A stretch of 64,000 nt of DNA from Octopus sinensis (GCF_006345805.1 NC_043013.1:11718001-11782000), one strand, 5' to 3'; shown: positions 39,755 to 53,349, counted from the stretch's first letter. Numbers and translations: made by a program. The notes: a model not told the origin generated them from the sequence alone.

Positions 39755-39848
39755 TGCCCCAGGTGAGGATCGAACTCACACCCTTCAGAGTCGTCTGACT
39801 TTATTCTTGATTATGAGACTGACGCGCTGCCTAATGCGCTACCGTATA
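39755..39848 (-). tRNA. Elongator tRNA-Met(CAT) copy with 21-nt intron, probable pseudogene (positions 1-4 replaced by TATA)
   Basis: CGGTAGCGCATTAGGCAGCGCGTCAGTCTCATA-[ATCAAGAATAAAGTCAGACGA]-CTCTGAAGGGTGTGAGTTCGATCCTCACCTGGGGCA closely follows metazoan elongator tRNA-Met; insert at canonical 37/38; TTTT at 39746-39749. Confidence 0.85.
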
Positions 39849-41032
39849 TATTTGTATGTACGTATTAATAAACACAGTATATATTTTTATGAGCTGCTAA
39901 TAGTTTCATGCGATAGAAACATCCCAGACAGCATTTTGAACACGCCTGGTGCCATCACTCAATACTCAGGCTATGCCCACATGGCAAAAGAAGATAAAAC
40001 TGGATGATAGGATGAGAAAAAATCGCGAAGAGGCGAAAACGGATTAGATGTGAAACGTGGAAGGTTGAAAATCGGTAAACGAAAACGAAAAGAGAAAAGA
40101 GAAAGAGGAGGAAATAGAGTTATGCCCCTTTTCATCGTAAGGTCATAAGGCTGAATGGATAGTGCCCTACAATCTGTGTTACAGCTGCTCAATCTAGAGT
40201 GGGTGGTATTTTCCACCAGAAACTTATCCATATATTTACAACCGCTGAAAATTTCAGATCTAGAATTCAGTAGAGAGGTGGAGGGCTTAGATCTGAGAAG
40301 TATTTGTGCGTTTCAGCAACGAATAGCGTCAATTTGTTTTATCTGTTGATATATATTGAAGACGTTTCAACTATTTTCTACTTTATTGAATGTGGTGTGT
40401 CGTTAGACTTCAAACCCTCATACGTGGCTTTACTTTTCACCCTGTGTCAGAAAGAAGATATGTAGTTAGCATAACGATTTTTGAGATCGCATTCATTTAG
40501 CCTAATGTAGCTCTTCTTTTCGGTTACGTTATCAGCTTGCATTGCGTGAAGGTACAAGAACTGTTAAAAAATGTAGTCTGGGATGTTTTCATCGCACGAA
40601 ACCATAAACAACACTTAGAAATATAAAATGACTTGGAAGAACAACTTGACATTTTTTATCTGCAACAAAAAAAAATAATATCAAATAGTCCTTGTGGAAT
40701 TCTTCTGTAGTGTAGACTGTAATTGCAACGACATTAAGGAGCTTTTTCCAAGGTTGTTATGCATGGAAATGCAAATCATCATGTAAAAAATTCCTCTCTC
40801 TTCTTACTCTGTTGCTGAGCTATTAATTGGCAATGATGGGAAGGAAAGTAAAAGGGAAAAAAGTTCGATGAATGCTTTTTAGAATATGAATTATTTTTTA
40901 TTCTGTAAGGATTGTCAAACTTTGTAAAATATTTAATTTAGCATAATTTATTTGTTTTGCCTTATACCATACTGATGAATTCAAATAAGGATGAAATAGC
41001 GCTTTACATAGCTACCAATGACTAGAAATATT

Positions 41033-41448
41033 GGTTTCAAATTTTGACACTAGGCCAGCAGTTTTAGGGAAGAGGCCAGGTAAAATAAATCAACCCATGC
41101 TGAAATAATACATATTTTATCGACCCTGAAATTCAACCTTGGCAGATTTTGAACTGAGAACGTAGCGACGAATGACAGACCACTAAACATCTTGCCAAAC
41201 GTGCTAACGATTCTTATTTCTTTATTGCCCACATGGGGTTAAACATAGAGGGGACAAACAAGGACAGACAAATGTATTAAGTCGATGATATCGACCCCAG
41301 TGCGTAACTGGTACTTATTTAATCGACCCCAAAAGGATGAAAGGCAAAGTCGACCTCGGCGGAATTTGAATTCAGAACGTAACGGCAGACGAAATACGGC
41401 TACGCATTTCGCCCGGCGTGCTAACGATTCTGCCAGCTCACAAGCTTA
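41033..41448 (-). mobile_element. Composite SINE A: Tx1-tailed unit + older standard-tailed unit
   Basis: Junction AAAGAAATA|AGAATCGTTAGC at ~41215; direct repeat ACTAGAAATATT flanks the composite. Confidence 0.82.
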
Positions 41449-42781
41449 ACAACTAGAAATATTAAGATGATTATAATATGAAAGAAAAACAAATTCAATG
41501 TAGATATTCTCTGCACTTCTTTTTTATTCATTTATTTAAAAGTCAAACGACTAATCAAGCCCTAACTTAATGTAGAAGGTTTCTGTCTTCCCTACGATAC
41601 CATGAATATAAACTTTGCATCATCTATTATTTTTGTAGTCATGCAGTGGTTATTTTATTATAATTTTCAAATTGAAAAAAATTACGAGGTTTTAATCGTA
41701 ATAGATAAAATATCGCTACAATATTCTCTGCTAGGTATTGCAAATAATCTCATTATTTTATTATTTGCCAGTCTAGTCGTATTAATTAAATTATTTTTTA
41801 GTTGAGACCATTGTTACTAAAAGTTATTGCTGAAATTTCTACAGTACTGATAAATATTATCACAGATTTAATCAATTCAGATTTGTATTACATGTTAATC
41901 TGTAATATTCCTTTCAAAACTATTTTTCCCAGTCGTATATGTTCGTCATTGCTTCCTAACTATGTGTAATTCTGCGTTCGTTGTATTTTTCTTATCTTTA
42001 TTTCTTTATTATTATATTAGTGTCCCTCCACTCTACAAAATTGCTTCGGCACATTTCCCAAATCAGAATGTCAAATGAATTTCCTGGATAAATGTATGCA
42101 CTATCTGAAGTAGTGTTTCTGGTTGTTTATCGTCTGCAGCAAATATGTTGTGATAGTCTTTATAGACCGGACGTTTGGTTTTATTTACATATCATTTACA
42201 CCTGAATCCATTTTGGTTGAACATGATGATTAAAGATGTTAACGTTGGGTAGAATTTGACTTAAAAGAGAGGGAGAGAGAGGAAAACCCATTAGAATATT
42301 ATTTTTCTAATAGACATGATGTTAATTTCATAATTCTATTAAATCCTTGTATTTGAATTTTAAACTTTTATCAATGAGTTAATGTGACGCTTATTTGCTA
42401 ACTTAATCATGCCTAATATTTCCAAGATACTCGTATGATGATGCTTGGCATTAATATATTACCGGCAATAAAATTGCAGCTAAGAGGATCTAAGCTCTAT
42501 GCAACCATGTTGTAGGTCACTAGTTTTCAGTATTTGCTATCTACTTAACACTGAGGCTTAAGTAAGCAATTTACGTGTTGTTTTTACATATTTCAGTCAT
42601 TTTATTAAATAATTTTTTATAGTATTTTCAACGTGATACATGCATACTTACAAACATACATACATGCATGCATACAAGCGCACACGCACAAACAGACACA
42701 GTTACACAGACACAGTTACACAGATACACACGCATACACACACAAACTCACTCTCTCTCTCTCTCTTTCTTTCTCTCTCTT

Positions 42782-42823
<42 letters not shown>

Positions 42824-42869
42824 ACATATATAGGAAAATAATGTCATTCTGAAAGGCAACAGAAATGTT

Positions 42870-43850
42870 ATTATTTCCTGGTGATTTTTCTGCAATTTCA
42901 TTTTCTGTTGCGTTCGCACTGCTTCTTGAGGTAAAATAGTTTCTCCGATTTCTCAGAGACTACAATTTATTCTTTGAACATTCTCATTCTTGGCAATATC
43001 TCCGGTGTCCATACTGCTGCCTGGAAATCTTGTACAGCTGTTGCTGTTGACGCTGAAATGATTTCTGCTTTATTTTTTTACCCAGTTCTTGATAAATCGG
43101 TTTGGGTTGAAGTCGAGCTGTTTGTTTTGTTCAAAAGAATCATCGCCTCTTTTCATAAAGACGTTTTCTTTGCGATTTTGGGATTCCTGGTTTCGTGCAT
43201 TCTTTGATTATTTTGAAAACTTTTCTCTTTTTGTTATGCTATATTTCTCTAGCATTTGTCTCTAACGTTTTTTGTGCCTTTTCCTTATTGATTTCATTGC
43301 AGATTAAGAGACCTTTCATTTTCCTTTATTATTTTTTCGTCTGTTTGTTCTCCACAAAGCATTTTCACATTGCTATGTCATTTCTGTAAACAACTACACT
43401 GGATGCCTGACGGTATTGCTCTTCGCATCTGTTTTTATTCAATCATCATTGACCATATTCATGCCTTTAGTCTTTTATCATACTTATGTTTTAGAATATT
43501 AGTTTAAACTCTTCGGATATATTTTCCTTGTTCCACAGGAGTAATTTCCGTTGATTTTAATTTTTGGAAATTTCCACGTGTTATTTCAATATTCGAAATG
43601 TCAAAATTTACCATTTCATTTGAATGAATTTTTATCACATACCGATTTAATCATTACTTAATTCGTATTACTTTGGTTCATATTATGGAACTCAAAATTC
43701 TTTTGAAATTGTTTCAGGTGTGTGTTTGCGGTAATTACTTCTTTTTCCTTGCATTCCATTATTTTCTGTATGTTTTTTAAAAAATTATTTTGGCTTGTAT
43801 TTTAATATTCCTACATAACATTCCTTTTTCGTAAATTCTTCAATTGCAGC
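42870..43850 (-). pseudogene. Highly decayed R4/Dong-like ORF fragment (region N-terminal to RT)
   Basis: Frameshifted reading at ~43000-43175 gives QRKRLYEKR.DSFEQNKQLDFNPNRF.QELGK.KAEI...VQDFQAAVW, resembling the R.RRY.KR...F.QN..F..N...FY.EL...FW..IW motif of R4-clade ORFs. Boundaries approximate. Confidence 0.5.
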
Positions 43851-43940
43851 TTTTTACCGTTAATCTACGGCGATCCAAAGTTATTTCTAGATCATGAAAC
43901 ATGCTCTCCCAAAAACTTTGCTCAATTATTATTATGATTA

Positions 43941-44137
43941 TTATTACCTCCGCCGAGGAAGGAGGTTATGTTTTCATCGGCGTTGGTTTCTTTGGATGTC
44001 CCTCTGTGTGCAAAATAACTCAAAAAGTTGCAAACGGTATTCAATGAAACTTGCACGAAAAGTTAGTAATGACACAAGAAGTGATCTGGGAATTTTTATG
44101 GGTTCTTGAAGGATTTTTTTATTTGTTATATTTACTT

Positions 44138-44201
<64 letters not shown>

Positions 44202-44429
44202 CCTCCACTGTGTTCTACTTTTGCCACTTCAAAATTGTAGTTGTTTTCCTTCTTAGTTTATTTCCGGTAAGACAGAGGCAGCATAATAGAATATCCTGTC
44301 TGTTGAAAATCTGTATTTTTGCTACTGTAGATGGTGCTGTATTTCAAATTGATCTCATGATTGCATTGTTCGATAAATGGAGCCGCCTGAAACGGCCGTA
44401 ATGCTCTAATGCCTTGACATCCTTGTTAC
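43941..44429 (+). mobile_element. Helentron-associated non-autonomous element (HINE-like)
   Basis: 5' TTATTACCTCCGCCGAGGAAGGAGGTTATGTTTTCA...ATAACTCAAAAAGTTG...ATGAAACTTG, a pattern typical of HINEs; 3' end with weak hairpin then CTTGTT. Confidence 0.6.
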
Positions 44430-46051
44430 TTATTTGATTTTTATTCATTTTACTTCGAGCTGTGCGGATAATACATTAGCTTATCCGTATTTCATCTTAT
44501 ATTTTTCTAATCATCATCAGTCTGACTGACTTGGTGCCTCAACTTAAGTACCTAATTCAACTGAATCTTAATTATTTGCTAATATATATGTAAATTTGAT
44601 TGTTATGGAAAAGGAGACAGAATCGTCTTAAAAGTCTGTCTTGTTATTGTTATTTATTTTGATTTTATAGCAGTGAGGTGGTGAAATTGTTAGCGCAGCG
44701 TACAAAATGCACACATATTTGAAATATGATATCAAAATATTATGTACGTTTGTAAAGACGTTAATGTTTATTGTAGACTACAAACAAATAAATATTTAGT
44801 AAATGGAAATACACAAATATTCAGCATGCGAATGATGGAATTTTATCTGGTTGCTAAAAAAATAATTCTCCCGTCATTTAAGCCTCATTCTCTACAAAAG
44901 AAAGTGACTGAGTTAGTGAGTGAGTGTGTGAGTGGAGTGTGTGTGTGAGAGATAGATTTACATTTAGCAATGTTATCTTAGATAATCACTCGAGTTCCCT
45001 CCACCTGTGCCTAGCTAGACTGATGATATCACTGAATATTTGTGTATGTTTAGTACTCATTGCAGCACTCGCTTTTCCTCTTTCACCTATGTAGCTACTA
45101 CACCAAATAACTGCAAGTTTATCCAGTATCACAGCAAAATATTTTAATTACACTTTGAGGAATTTTTCTTCTATCAAACTCAAGATATATAATGCCAACT
45201 GTTTTATTTTCACTTAGAAAATTCTATGTAGCTATGTCAAGGAAAATGTCAAAATGTTCACAAATGGTGTCTGAACTGAAGTTTACCGGGTTGAATTATT
45301 TAAAAAAGAAAAGTATCACCTAAATACTTATTGCAGGAAAATACTTCTATTTTATTTCTCCTGCTGTTATTTTCATTGATTACACAGTACACCATTGATA
45401 AAATGCTTCTAATTGAGTTTTAATCGTTCAGAAAGTGTCCGTTATCACCGACTGTCCAAGTTGATAGATGTTCATTAGAACGAAATACATTTCTTTGTAA
45501 GTTCTAGCTCAAGTTTCCGGCTGTAGATACGGTCACAAGTTCCTTGAAGACATCATATTAAATAAAGGTAGTAAAATGCTTAAGCAGTGAAATACTTACA
45601 ATAAAACTTGGAGCATCATACAGTTCCAATATAGAAACATGGCGACAAATATCAAAACAGAATAATGAAGTAAATTTTAACGAGAACGCTCTGTACGAAA
45701 TAAAAAAAGCTCTTGTTAGAAAAGGAATTTAGAGCCGAAATTAATCACGTGTCTTATATTAAAAATATCTTAAATAATTCTAACAAAATTTTTTTCTTGA
45801 TTTTTCAGTCAATCAATTTGTTTAATTAAATTTACATTAGCTTATTAGTATTTCATCTTATATTTTTCTAATCATCATCAGTCATCATTCATTATTCATT
45901 GTCAACTATAGCAGCAACAACCAGTGATGTAGACCAACGTGAAAGTGGGCACACAATCGTAGTATTAACAAAAATACTCGGTAACAATACTCCAACGCTA
46001 TACCTTAGAATATTAATATTAATACTAATACTACTGCTAATAAGAATAAGA

Positions 46052-46126
<75 letters not shown>

Positions 46127-46321
46127 TTAAGAAACATTAACAAAGTAAGCTAGGAACTATATGAATAAATAAGTAAATAAATAACGAAATACATATATGA
46201 ATATAAAAAAATATAAAATAAAAAATAATTATATTTTCAGAGAACAATGTTATCAGGAGTGTTTTCAAGTGAAAGAAAACAATGTTTTGAAATGAAGAGG
46301 CAAAGAAGAAAACTTATATAC

Positions 46322-46352
<31 letters not shown>

Positions 46353-46392
46353 CGTATATATATATATATATGTGCATGAATACACACATATA

Positions 46393-46423
<31 letters not shown>

Positions 46424-46425
46424 GC

Positions 46426-46457
<32 letters not shown>

Positions 46458-47443
46458 TCCGATATATACTAACTACACACAAACACACACATACACACTT
46501 ATATGTGTATATACTGATGAAATAGCAAACACAAAATGAACCACGTCGACGACAACAATAACTAGAACGACAGCAACAACAATAACGAAGAGAACAAAGG
46601 AAAGAGAAGCAAGAGCTATGACAAAGCACTTTTGAGCATGAAAACTTCTGAAAAAATACATACAACAAAAAGTTATCTACAATAAACTTATCTCAAAAAT
46701 ACGAAAAAAAAAAGTCCTTAAAGTATAATATATAATAAATATAGATAAAAATAATATAAGAAATGAATTGAAAAAGGAATTTTGATCAATAGATTGATAA
46801 ACCGAAGAAGAAGAAGAATCAAATAAATTATCCAAAAAGGGCAAGGGTAACAAAGAACGTCGACATAAACACATCAACGAAGTTATACATGCAATATAAG
46901 GAACGTAGCGAGACATAACTTGGGATGAATATACAAATACACATACATACATACATACATACATACATACATACACATACATACATACATAAATACATAC
47001 ATGCATGCTTGTGTGTATGTGAGTATGTGTCTATGTGTGTATCTATGCGTATGCGTGTTTGTGTATGTATGTATGTAAGTAAGCATACAGACGGAAATAT
47101 ATACACGCGCACGCATATATCTATCGAAATATAATCTATGGGAGCAGACATGAATGCATAATTATACAAAGCCGCATATATCCATACGTATTTACATATA
47201 TATACACATAGTTATACAAAATATAAACTCACGCACACATGTAACAGAGGGACTCGCTAATATGTGTGTTTGTGTGCGTGCATGCCTCTGTGTGTGTGCG
47301 TGCGTGTCTGTGTGTGTGCGTGCGTGTCTGCGTGTGTGCGTGCATGTTTGCGTGTGAACGGTTTAAAACTGGAACACACACCTTTAAACATTTAATTATA
47401 CAAGAAATACATATCCTATATATATATATATAATATATATATA

Positions 47444-47542
<99 letters not shown>

Positions 47543-48471
47543 CGATATATACTAACTACACACAAACACACACATAACACTTATATGTGTATATACTGAT
47601 GAAATAGCAAACACAAAATGAACCACGTCGACGACAACAATAACTAGAACGACAGCAACAACAATAACGAGAGAACAAAGGAAAGAGAAGCAAGAGCTAT
47701 GACAAAGCACTTTTGAGCATGAAAACTTCTGAAAAAATACATACAACAAAAGTTATCTACAATAAACTTATCTCAAAAATACGAAAAAAAAAAGTCCTTA
47801 AAGTATAATATATAATAAATATAGATAAAAATAATATAAGAAATGAATTGAAAAAGGAATTTTGATCAATAGATTGATAAACCGAAGAAGAATCAAATAA
47901 ATTATCCAAAAAGGGCAAGGGTAACAAAGAACGTCGACATAAACACATCAACGAAGTTATACATGCAATATAAGGAACGTAGCGAGACATAACTTGGGAT
48001 GAATATACAAATACACATACATACATACATACATACATACATACATACATACATACATACATACATAAATACATACATGCATGCTTGTGTGTATGTGAGT
48101 ATGTGTCTATGTGTGTATCTATGCGTATGCGTGTTTGTGTATGTATGTATGTAAGTAAGCATACAGACGGAAATATATACACGCGCACGCATATAATCTA
48201 TCGAAATATAATCTATGGGAGCAGACATGAATGCATAATTATACAAAGCCGCATATATCCATACGTATTTACATATATATACACATAGTTATACAAAATA
48301 TAAACTCACGCACACATGTAACAGAGGGACTCGCTAATATGTGTGTTTGTGTGCGTGCATGCCTCTGTGTGTGTGCGTGCGTGTCTGTGTGTGTGCGTGC
48401 ATGTTTGCGTGTGAACGGTTAAAAACTGGAACACACACCTTTAAACATTTAATTATACAAGAAATACATAT

Positions 48472-48476
<5 letters not shown>
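46458..48476 (+). repeat. Tandem duplication of ~0.95 kb of unique + microsatellite sequence (46458-47418 and 47540-48476)
   Basis: Near-identical copies differing mainly by small indels, separated by (TA)n. Confidence 0.95.
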
Positions 48477-48512
<36 letters not shown>

Positions 48513-48613
48513 TATATATATATAATATATATATATATATACATATATATATAACATAATATATACATATATGTATTATTACATATATATATTATGTATG
48601 TATTATTGTATGA

Positions 48614-48647
<34 letters not shown>

Positions 48648-48819
48648 ATATATATGTATATATGCATATATACATACATACCCAAGCTAGCACTGAATTT
48701 TGTCATAAGGGCTTGTGTTCCTTTCGTTTCTTCCTTTGTACTTTATAGATTTTACCGATTTATACACCCTACCCGCCCCCTTCTCTATTTCTTTATTTAA
48801 CCATTCCCTCATTCTGTCA

Positions 48820-48976
48820 ATGTCACTCACATCCCTTTATTCCTTTCCTCTCTCTTTCTCTCTCATCTCTCTACCCTCTCTCTCTCTCTCTTCTTTTTCT
48901 TTCCTTCTCCTCATCTTCTCGGTCTGCTTTCAAAGTTAATTTTCTTTCCTCCTTACTCTTTCGTTGATTATTTCCT

Positions 48977-49034
<58 letters not shown>

Positions 49035-49346
49035 TTCTCTTTCTTCTTTCTTTCTTTCCTTCTTTCTTTCCTTCTGTCTTTCTTTCTTTCCTTCTTCTTT
49101 CCTTCTTTCTTTCTTTCTTTTTGCCTTTCTTTCACTTCATTTCACTCTCTCTTTCTCCTCTCTCTCTCTCTCTCACTCTTTATTTCTGTCGTCTACATCA
49201 CGTCTGTCTCTCATCTTCATATTTCTTGTCCCTCTCTGTCTCTCATCCTCTTTCACTTTTTCTTTTTCTTTCATTATCTCCTTCTCGTTCAATATTTTAC
49301 CGCTCTCACTTCTTTTCTAAGTTTTTTTTAATACAGACTCTCTCCC

Positions 49347-49377
<31 letters not shown>

Positions 49378-49760
49378 TCCCCTTCTCTCTTCTTGTCCTC
49401 ATTGTTTTCATTCTTCTCTACTACTCTTTCTCTGTCTCTCTGTCTCTCTCTCTCTTTGTCATTCTCTATCTTCTTCTCTACTTCACTTCATCTTCCTCTC
49501 ACCCACCATTTTCCATCTCTCTTTTGCATTGTCCTCCCTCTCTCCGATTCCCTTTCTCTCGCTCACTCTTTCTCTCTCGCTTTGTCCTCATTCCCTTTCT
49601 TTTTCTCTACCTCACTTCATCTCCCTCTCCCCCACCATTTTCCATCTCTTTCACTCCCTCTCTTTTTCTCTTCTCCCTCTTTCTCTTTGTCTTTCTCTCT
49701 ATCTCTTTCTCCCCTCTTTATTTCTATGTTCCCTACCACTATGTCTTCTTTACCTTTAGA
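48820..49760. repeat. Polypyrimidine (CT/CTTT) low-complexity tract with an internal ~130-bp-spaced duplication
   Basis: CTTCACTTCATCT..CTCTC.CCCACCATTTTCCATCTCT occurs twice; a purine-rich counterpart lies at 25845-26650. Confidence 0.9.
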
Positions 49761-50315
49761 ATTTATTTAAAACACAACAACAAAAACAACAACCAACAAA
49801 CTCCTTCTTTCTTTGCTATCTTCTTTTGTACTCAATTCTACTGTACAACATCCTGTACTGCGTGTATTGTTTCGATACAATCCATTGTCAACGATATTCA
49901 GAACACCCGCCTTCGTTTGCCAAAATACTGGCAACAAAATGTTTTGTAAAGTCGCAAAAAAGACAACAAATACAATAATACCAAGCCAACAACAACAACA
50001 ACAATAATATGAACAAGAACAACACTAACAAGAAAATGCAACTTCAATAGCATAATCCAGAGCTGCAGCATCAAAAACTACAAGAATGGAACGTCCACGA
50101 GAATGAATGTAACAAATGAATCCAACGATATATTAAAGCATTATAAGTAGGGTACATGAAGTTCAAATTAGGGGTCACCCTTTCTTTCTTTCTCCCCCTC
50201 CCCTTCGTTCCCTCCCTCTGTCTATTTACTGGCATCAATATGGTAAACGGCCGTAGTTTACATGATATGCTTTACTTGTCATATAGGGTCTCCGGACTGT
50301 TGAAGATGTATTATA

Positions 50316-50360
<45 letters not shown>

Positions 50361-50363
50361 TTA

Positions 50364-50616
50364 AATGCACAACCCTTTTAAAGCCTAGCCAGGCTCATGG
50401 GCCCGGTTTCTCGGTTTCTATGGCGTATGTGTTCCCCAGCTGGACGGGACACCAGTCCATCACAGCGTTACTCATGTTTGCCAGCTGAGTGGACTGGAGC
50501 AACGTGAAATGAAGTATTTTGCTCAAGAACACAACGCGTCGCCCGATCCAGGAATCGAAACCACAATCTTACGATCATGATGCTGACACTTCAACCACTA
50601 AGCCACTCGCCTCCAC
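50364..50616 (-). mobile_element. SINE type D (head related to C, CORE-like segment, GATGGACTGGTGTCCCGTCCAG segment)
   Basis: GTGGAGGCGAGTGGCTTAGTGGTT...GGTTTCGATTCCTGG...TGTGTTCTTGAGCAAAATACTT; partial copy at 32715-32825. Confidence 0.8.
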
Positions 50617-51429
50617 ATACACACACACATACATAAATATATATATATATATATAATATTATACATCACATACATGCATACATACATATATATATACATA
50701 CATAACACACACACACACCACACACACACATATATTATATATACATATATATATATATATATTATATATATATATTATATATGTAAAGCACACATAGATT
50801 ATAACCATTTGTGTATCATAGTTAAACTCTACACACTGTTGATTTGCTGCTTATTGCACTATGTGTCCTCAAACAAAATCGTATGGACGTGTAGTGTTTA
50901 AAAGCCATAAATATCAGAGCGAGAGGAAAATTTGTTTTAGCAGCAGTCAGTAAGTATATCTGCATTTTGGGGTTATTTAGACGAGCCCTAAAAGGGCCCA
51001 AAATGCATCTGGCGTTCTCAGTATTTACTTCTGGAACAATTTTTCGTCTCCCTTTAATAATTTTTTCTGTTATTATTTAGCATACCTGGAGCCTGTAACA
51101 GAGACTCCAGTAAAATCAAATGTAACTGCATATACTTGAAGTTAAAAAGGGTTCTTTTCTTTTATACCATATAACATTTAAACGTGTATTAATGGCGTAG
51201 AAAAGAAAGTTCATTCCTAGACATTTATATTGCGTACAAAGTTTTTGAAAGCTAGTAATAATTTAATCTGGTCGTATTTGAGGTATCGATACGAGGTGCT
51301 ATCCAAAAATGTTAATGGTTGTGAATACCATTCAAGATCTCTGAAACCATTGAACGGATTTTAAAGAAAGCTAAGTAGAAAAAAATATGACCCTTAAACT
51401 GACTGTAATAAACACATGTATAATTTGCC

Positions 51430-52300
51430 AAACCAATAGGAAGAAGCGAGAAAGAAGAATATCATTAATTAGTGATATTTGTCAAGGCGAAGAATATGGC
51501 ATATCTCTTTTCCTTTAATAGTTTTCCTAAATACAGAAGCGGGAGCTTCCATATTCACTCAAAAGAGAAGTTGAGAATGTTTTGGTCGACATGTATCCTG
51601 AATGTATTTTCCATCAACCGGGGTAGGATATACGGAAACTTGTGTCTGGTTTACAGGGGAGATGACGAAGCTAGAATACAGCCAGAGCTAGTTCTCCACA
51701 TATCTACCCAGAGACTGGCCTCACTGAAATAATGAAATGAAATGCGATGATCACAGAAAGATATAAAAATAGGAACGCCAGTCCGTGCCTTATAATCACA
51801 TTTGCTGTATACACATCCCGCTGTCTAAAAGCACCAAAATTTTCTGTGTTAGAGAGCTATAGTGCTCTGAAGGTGTATAGAGGTCTATTACACTGGTGTG
51901 CGGCATGTGCAAGGAACTGTTTTAATGAATTTATTAGTTAAGGGTACGAGATGATTGTAAAGAAAAGTAAAGCAGAAGTGGATTGCAGATAGTTGTAGAG
52001 AAAGCAACAGGTCCCAAGGTGAAGGCCATACTGGCTGCTACAATCAATATCCGTGGATTACCTCATATCATTTAATCTTATGAGCCACTAATAACAGAAA
52101 TCATCAGCGTTCGTAGAGTAAATTTTCACATGCTGTAGTACAGGTCTAACCAGAGTCTACGTACAGCAGCATCACAACCTCGTCTTATAGCGATAGGCCT
52201 TGGTGAAAAATGTATAGATCTCTTGAGGGAAGATACCGATGGTGGGTGAATAATAAGTGGAACCAATAGGAAAGCAATCGGCCAGAAGTTACCCACAAAT
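51430..52300 (+). pseudogene. Decayed ORF1 of a distant Tx1-like element
   Basis: VFSINRGRIYGNLCLVYRGDDEAR aligns by eye to IVYVARGREYGTVDVRFSGEEMAR of the resident Tx1 ORF1; CGMC remnant at ~51899. Confidence 0.45.
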
Positions 52301-53349
52301 TCTCCTTCTACTGTGTAACGGGTCTTTCATTAATGTTAATAACCTCTCGTATTACCGGCAACGATAACACGGATTCTATGGTGCGAAAATTTTATGGACC
52401 AATCACAGGAGCCTTTTCCTTAAATAAATTGCTAGCCCTGTGCCAAAATTTGAAACCTTGATTATTATTAATGTTAACAAGGGACTCGCTGGCAGAATAG
52501 TTAACGCATCGAAACGAAATGCTTAACAGCATTTCTTTCCACTCAATTCGTTCTGAGTTCAAATACCACCGAGGTCGACTTACCCTTTCATCTACCTGGG
52601 CTTTGATAAAAATAAGTACCAGTCAAGTTATGGGATCCATATTACCGATTAATCTTCATTCTCCATGAAACTGCTAACCTTGCGCTAAAATTCGAGTCCA
52701 TTGTTGTTTTCAGAATTTTAGCTCCAGTCCAGCAACTTCAATGGAGTGTGTATATCGATTGCATCGATCCCAGTATTCAACTGTTACTTATTTTATCGAC
52801 CTCGAAATGATGAAAGACAAAGTAGACCGTAGCGAAGTTCGAACTCAGAATGTAAATGCTGACGAAGAACAGTTAAGCATTTGGTCAGGTGTGCTAACGA
52901 TTCTGCCAGCTCGTCGACTTAACTGGAACAAAAATTATCATTAAATTAGAAAACTTGCTGAGTCGTTTGAAAGTCGGAAATTGATTGGCCGTATTGTTTT
53001 CTGTTCTTTTAAAAAGATGCCGGGCGAATATCAGATTGCCATGAATATTAAAATAGTTCATAAGAGGCACGTCAATGTCGTATAAAAACAATGAGAGCCA
53101 ATATTTCTTCCAGTCTGAGCTTTTCGTTACGTTTTCAAGGCCAGAAAAATGCCTAAGGACTGTTTCCGATCACCTAGTTTGGTGAAAATCTTTAGAACGG
53201 AGATAGTATTAAGTTCAAATCTTGCCGATGTTAGCTAAATCTTTCATCTTTTCAGAGACCGATAAAACATTCATGTCAAGCACTGGATTCCAAAGAAATC
53301 GACTAAATATTCCGCCTCAAAATTGTTCGTCTTGTTTCTTAATAAAAAT

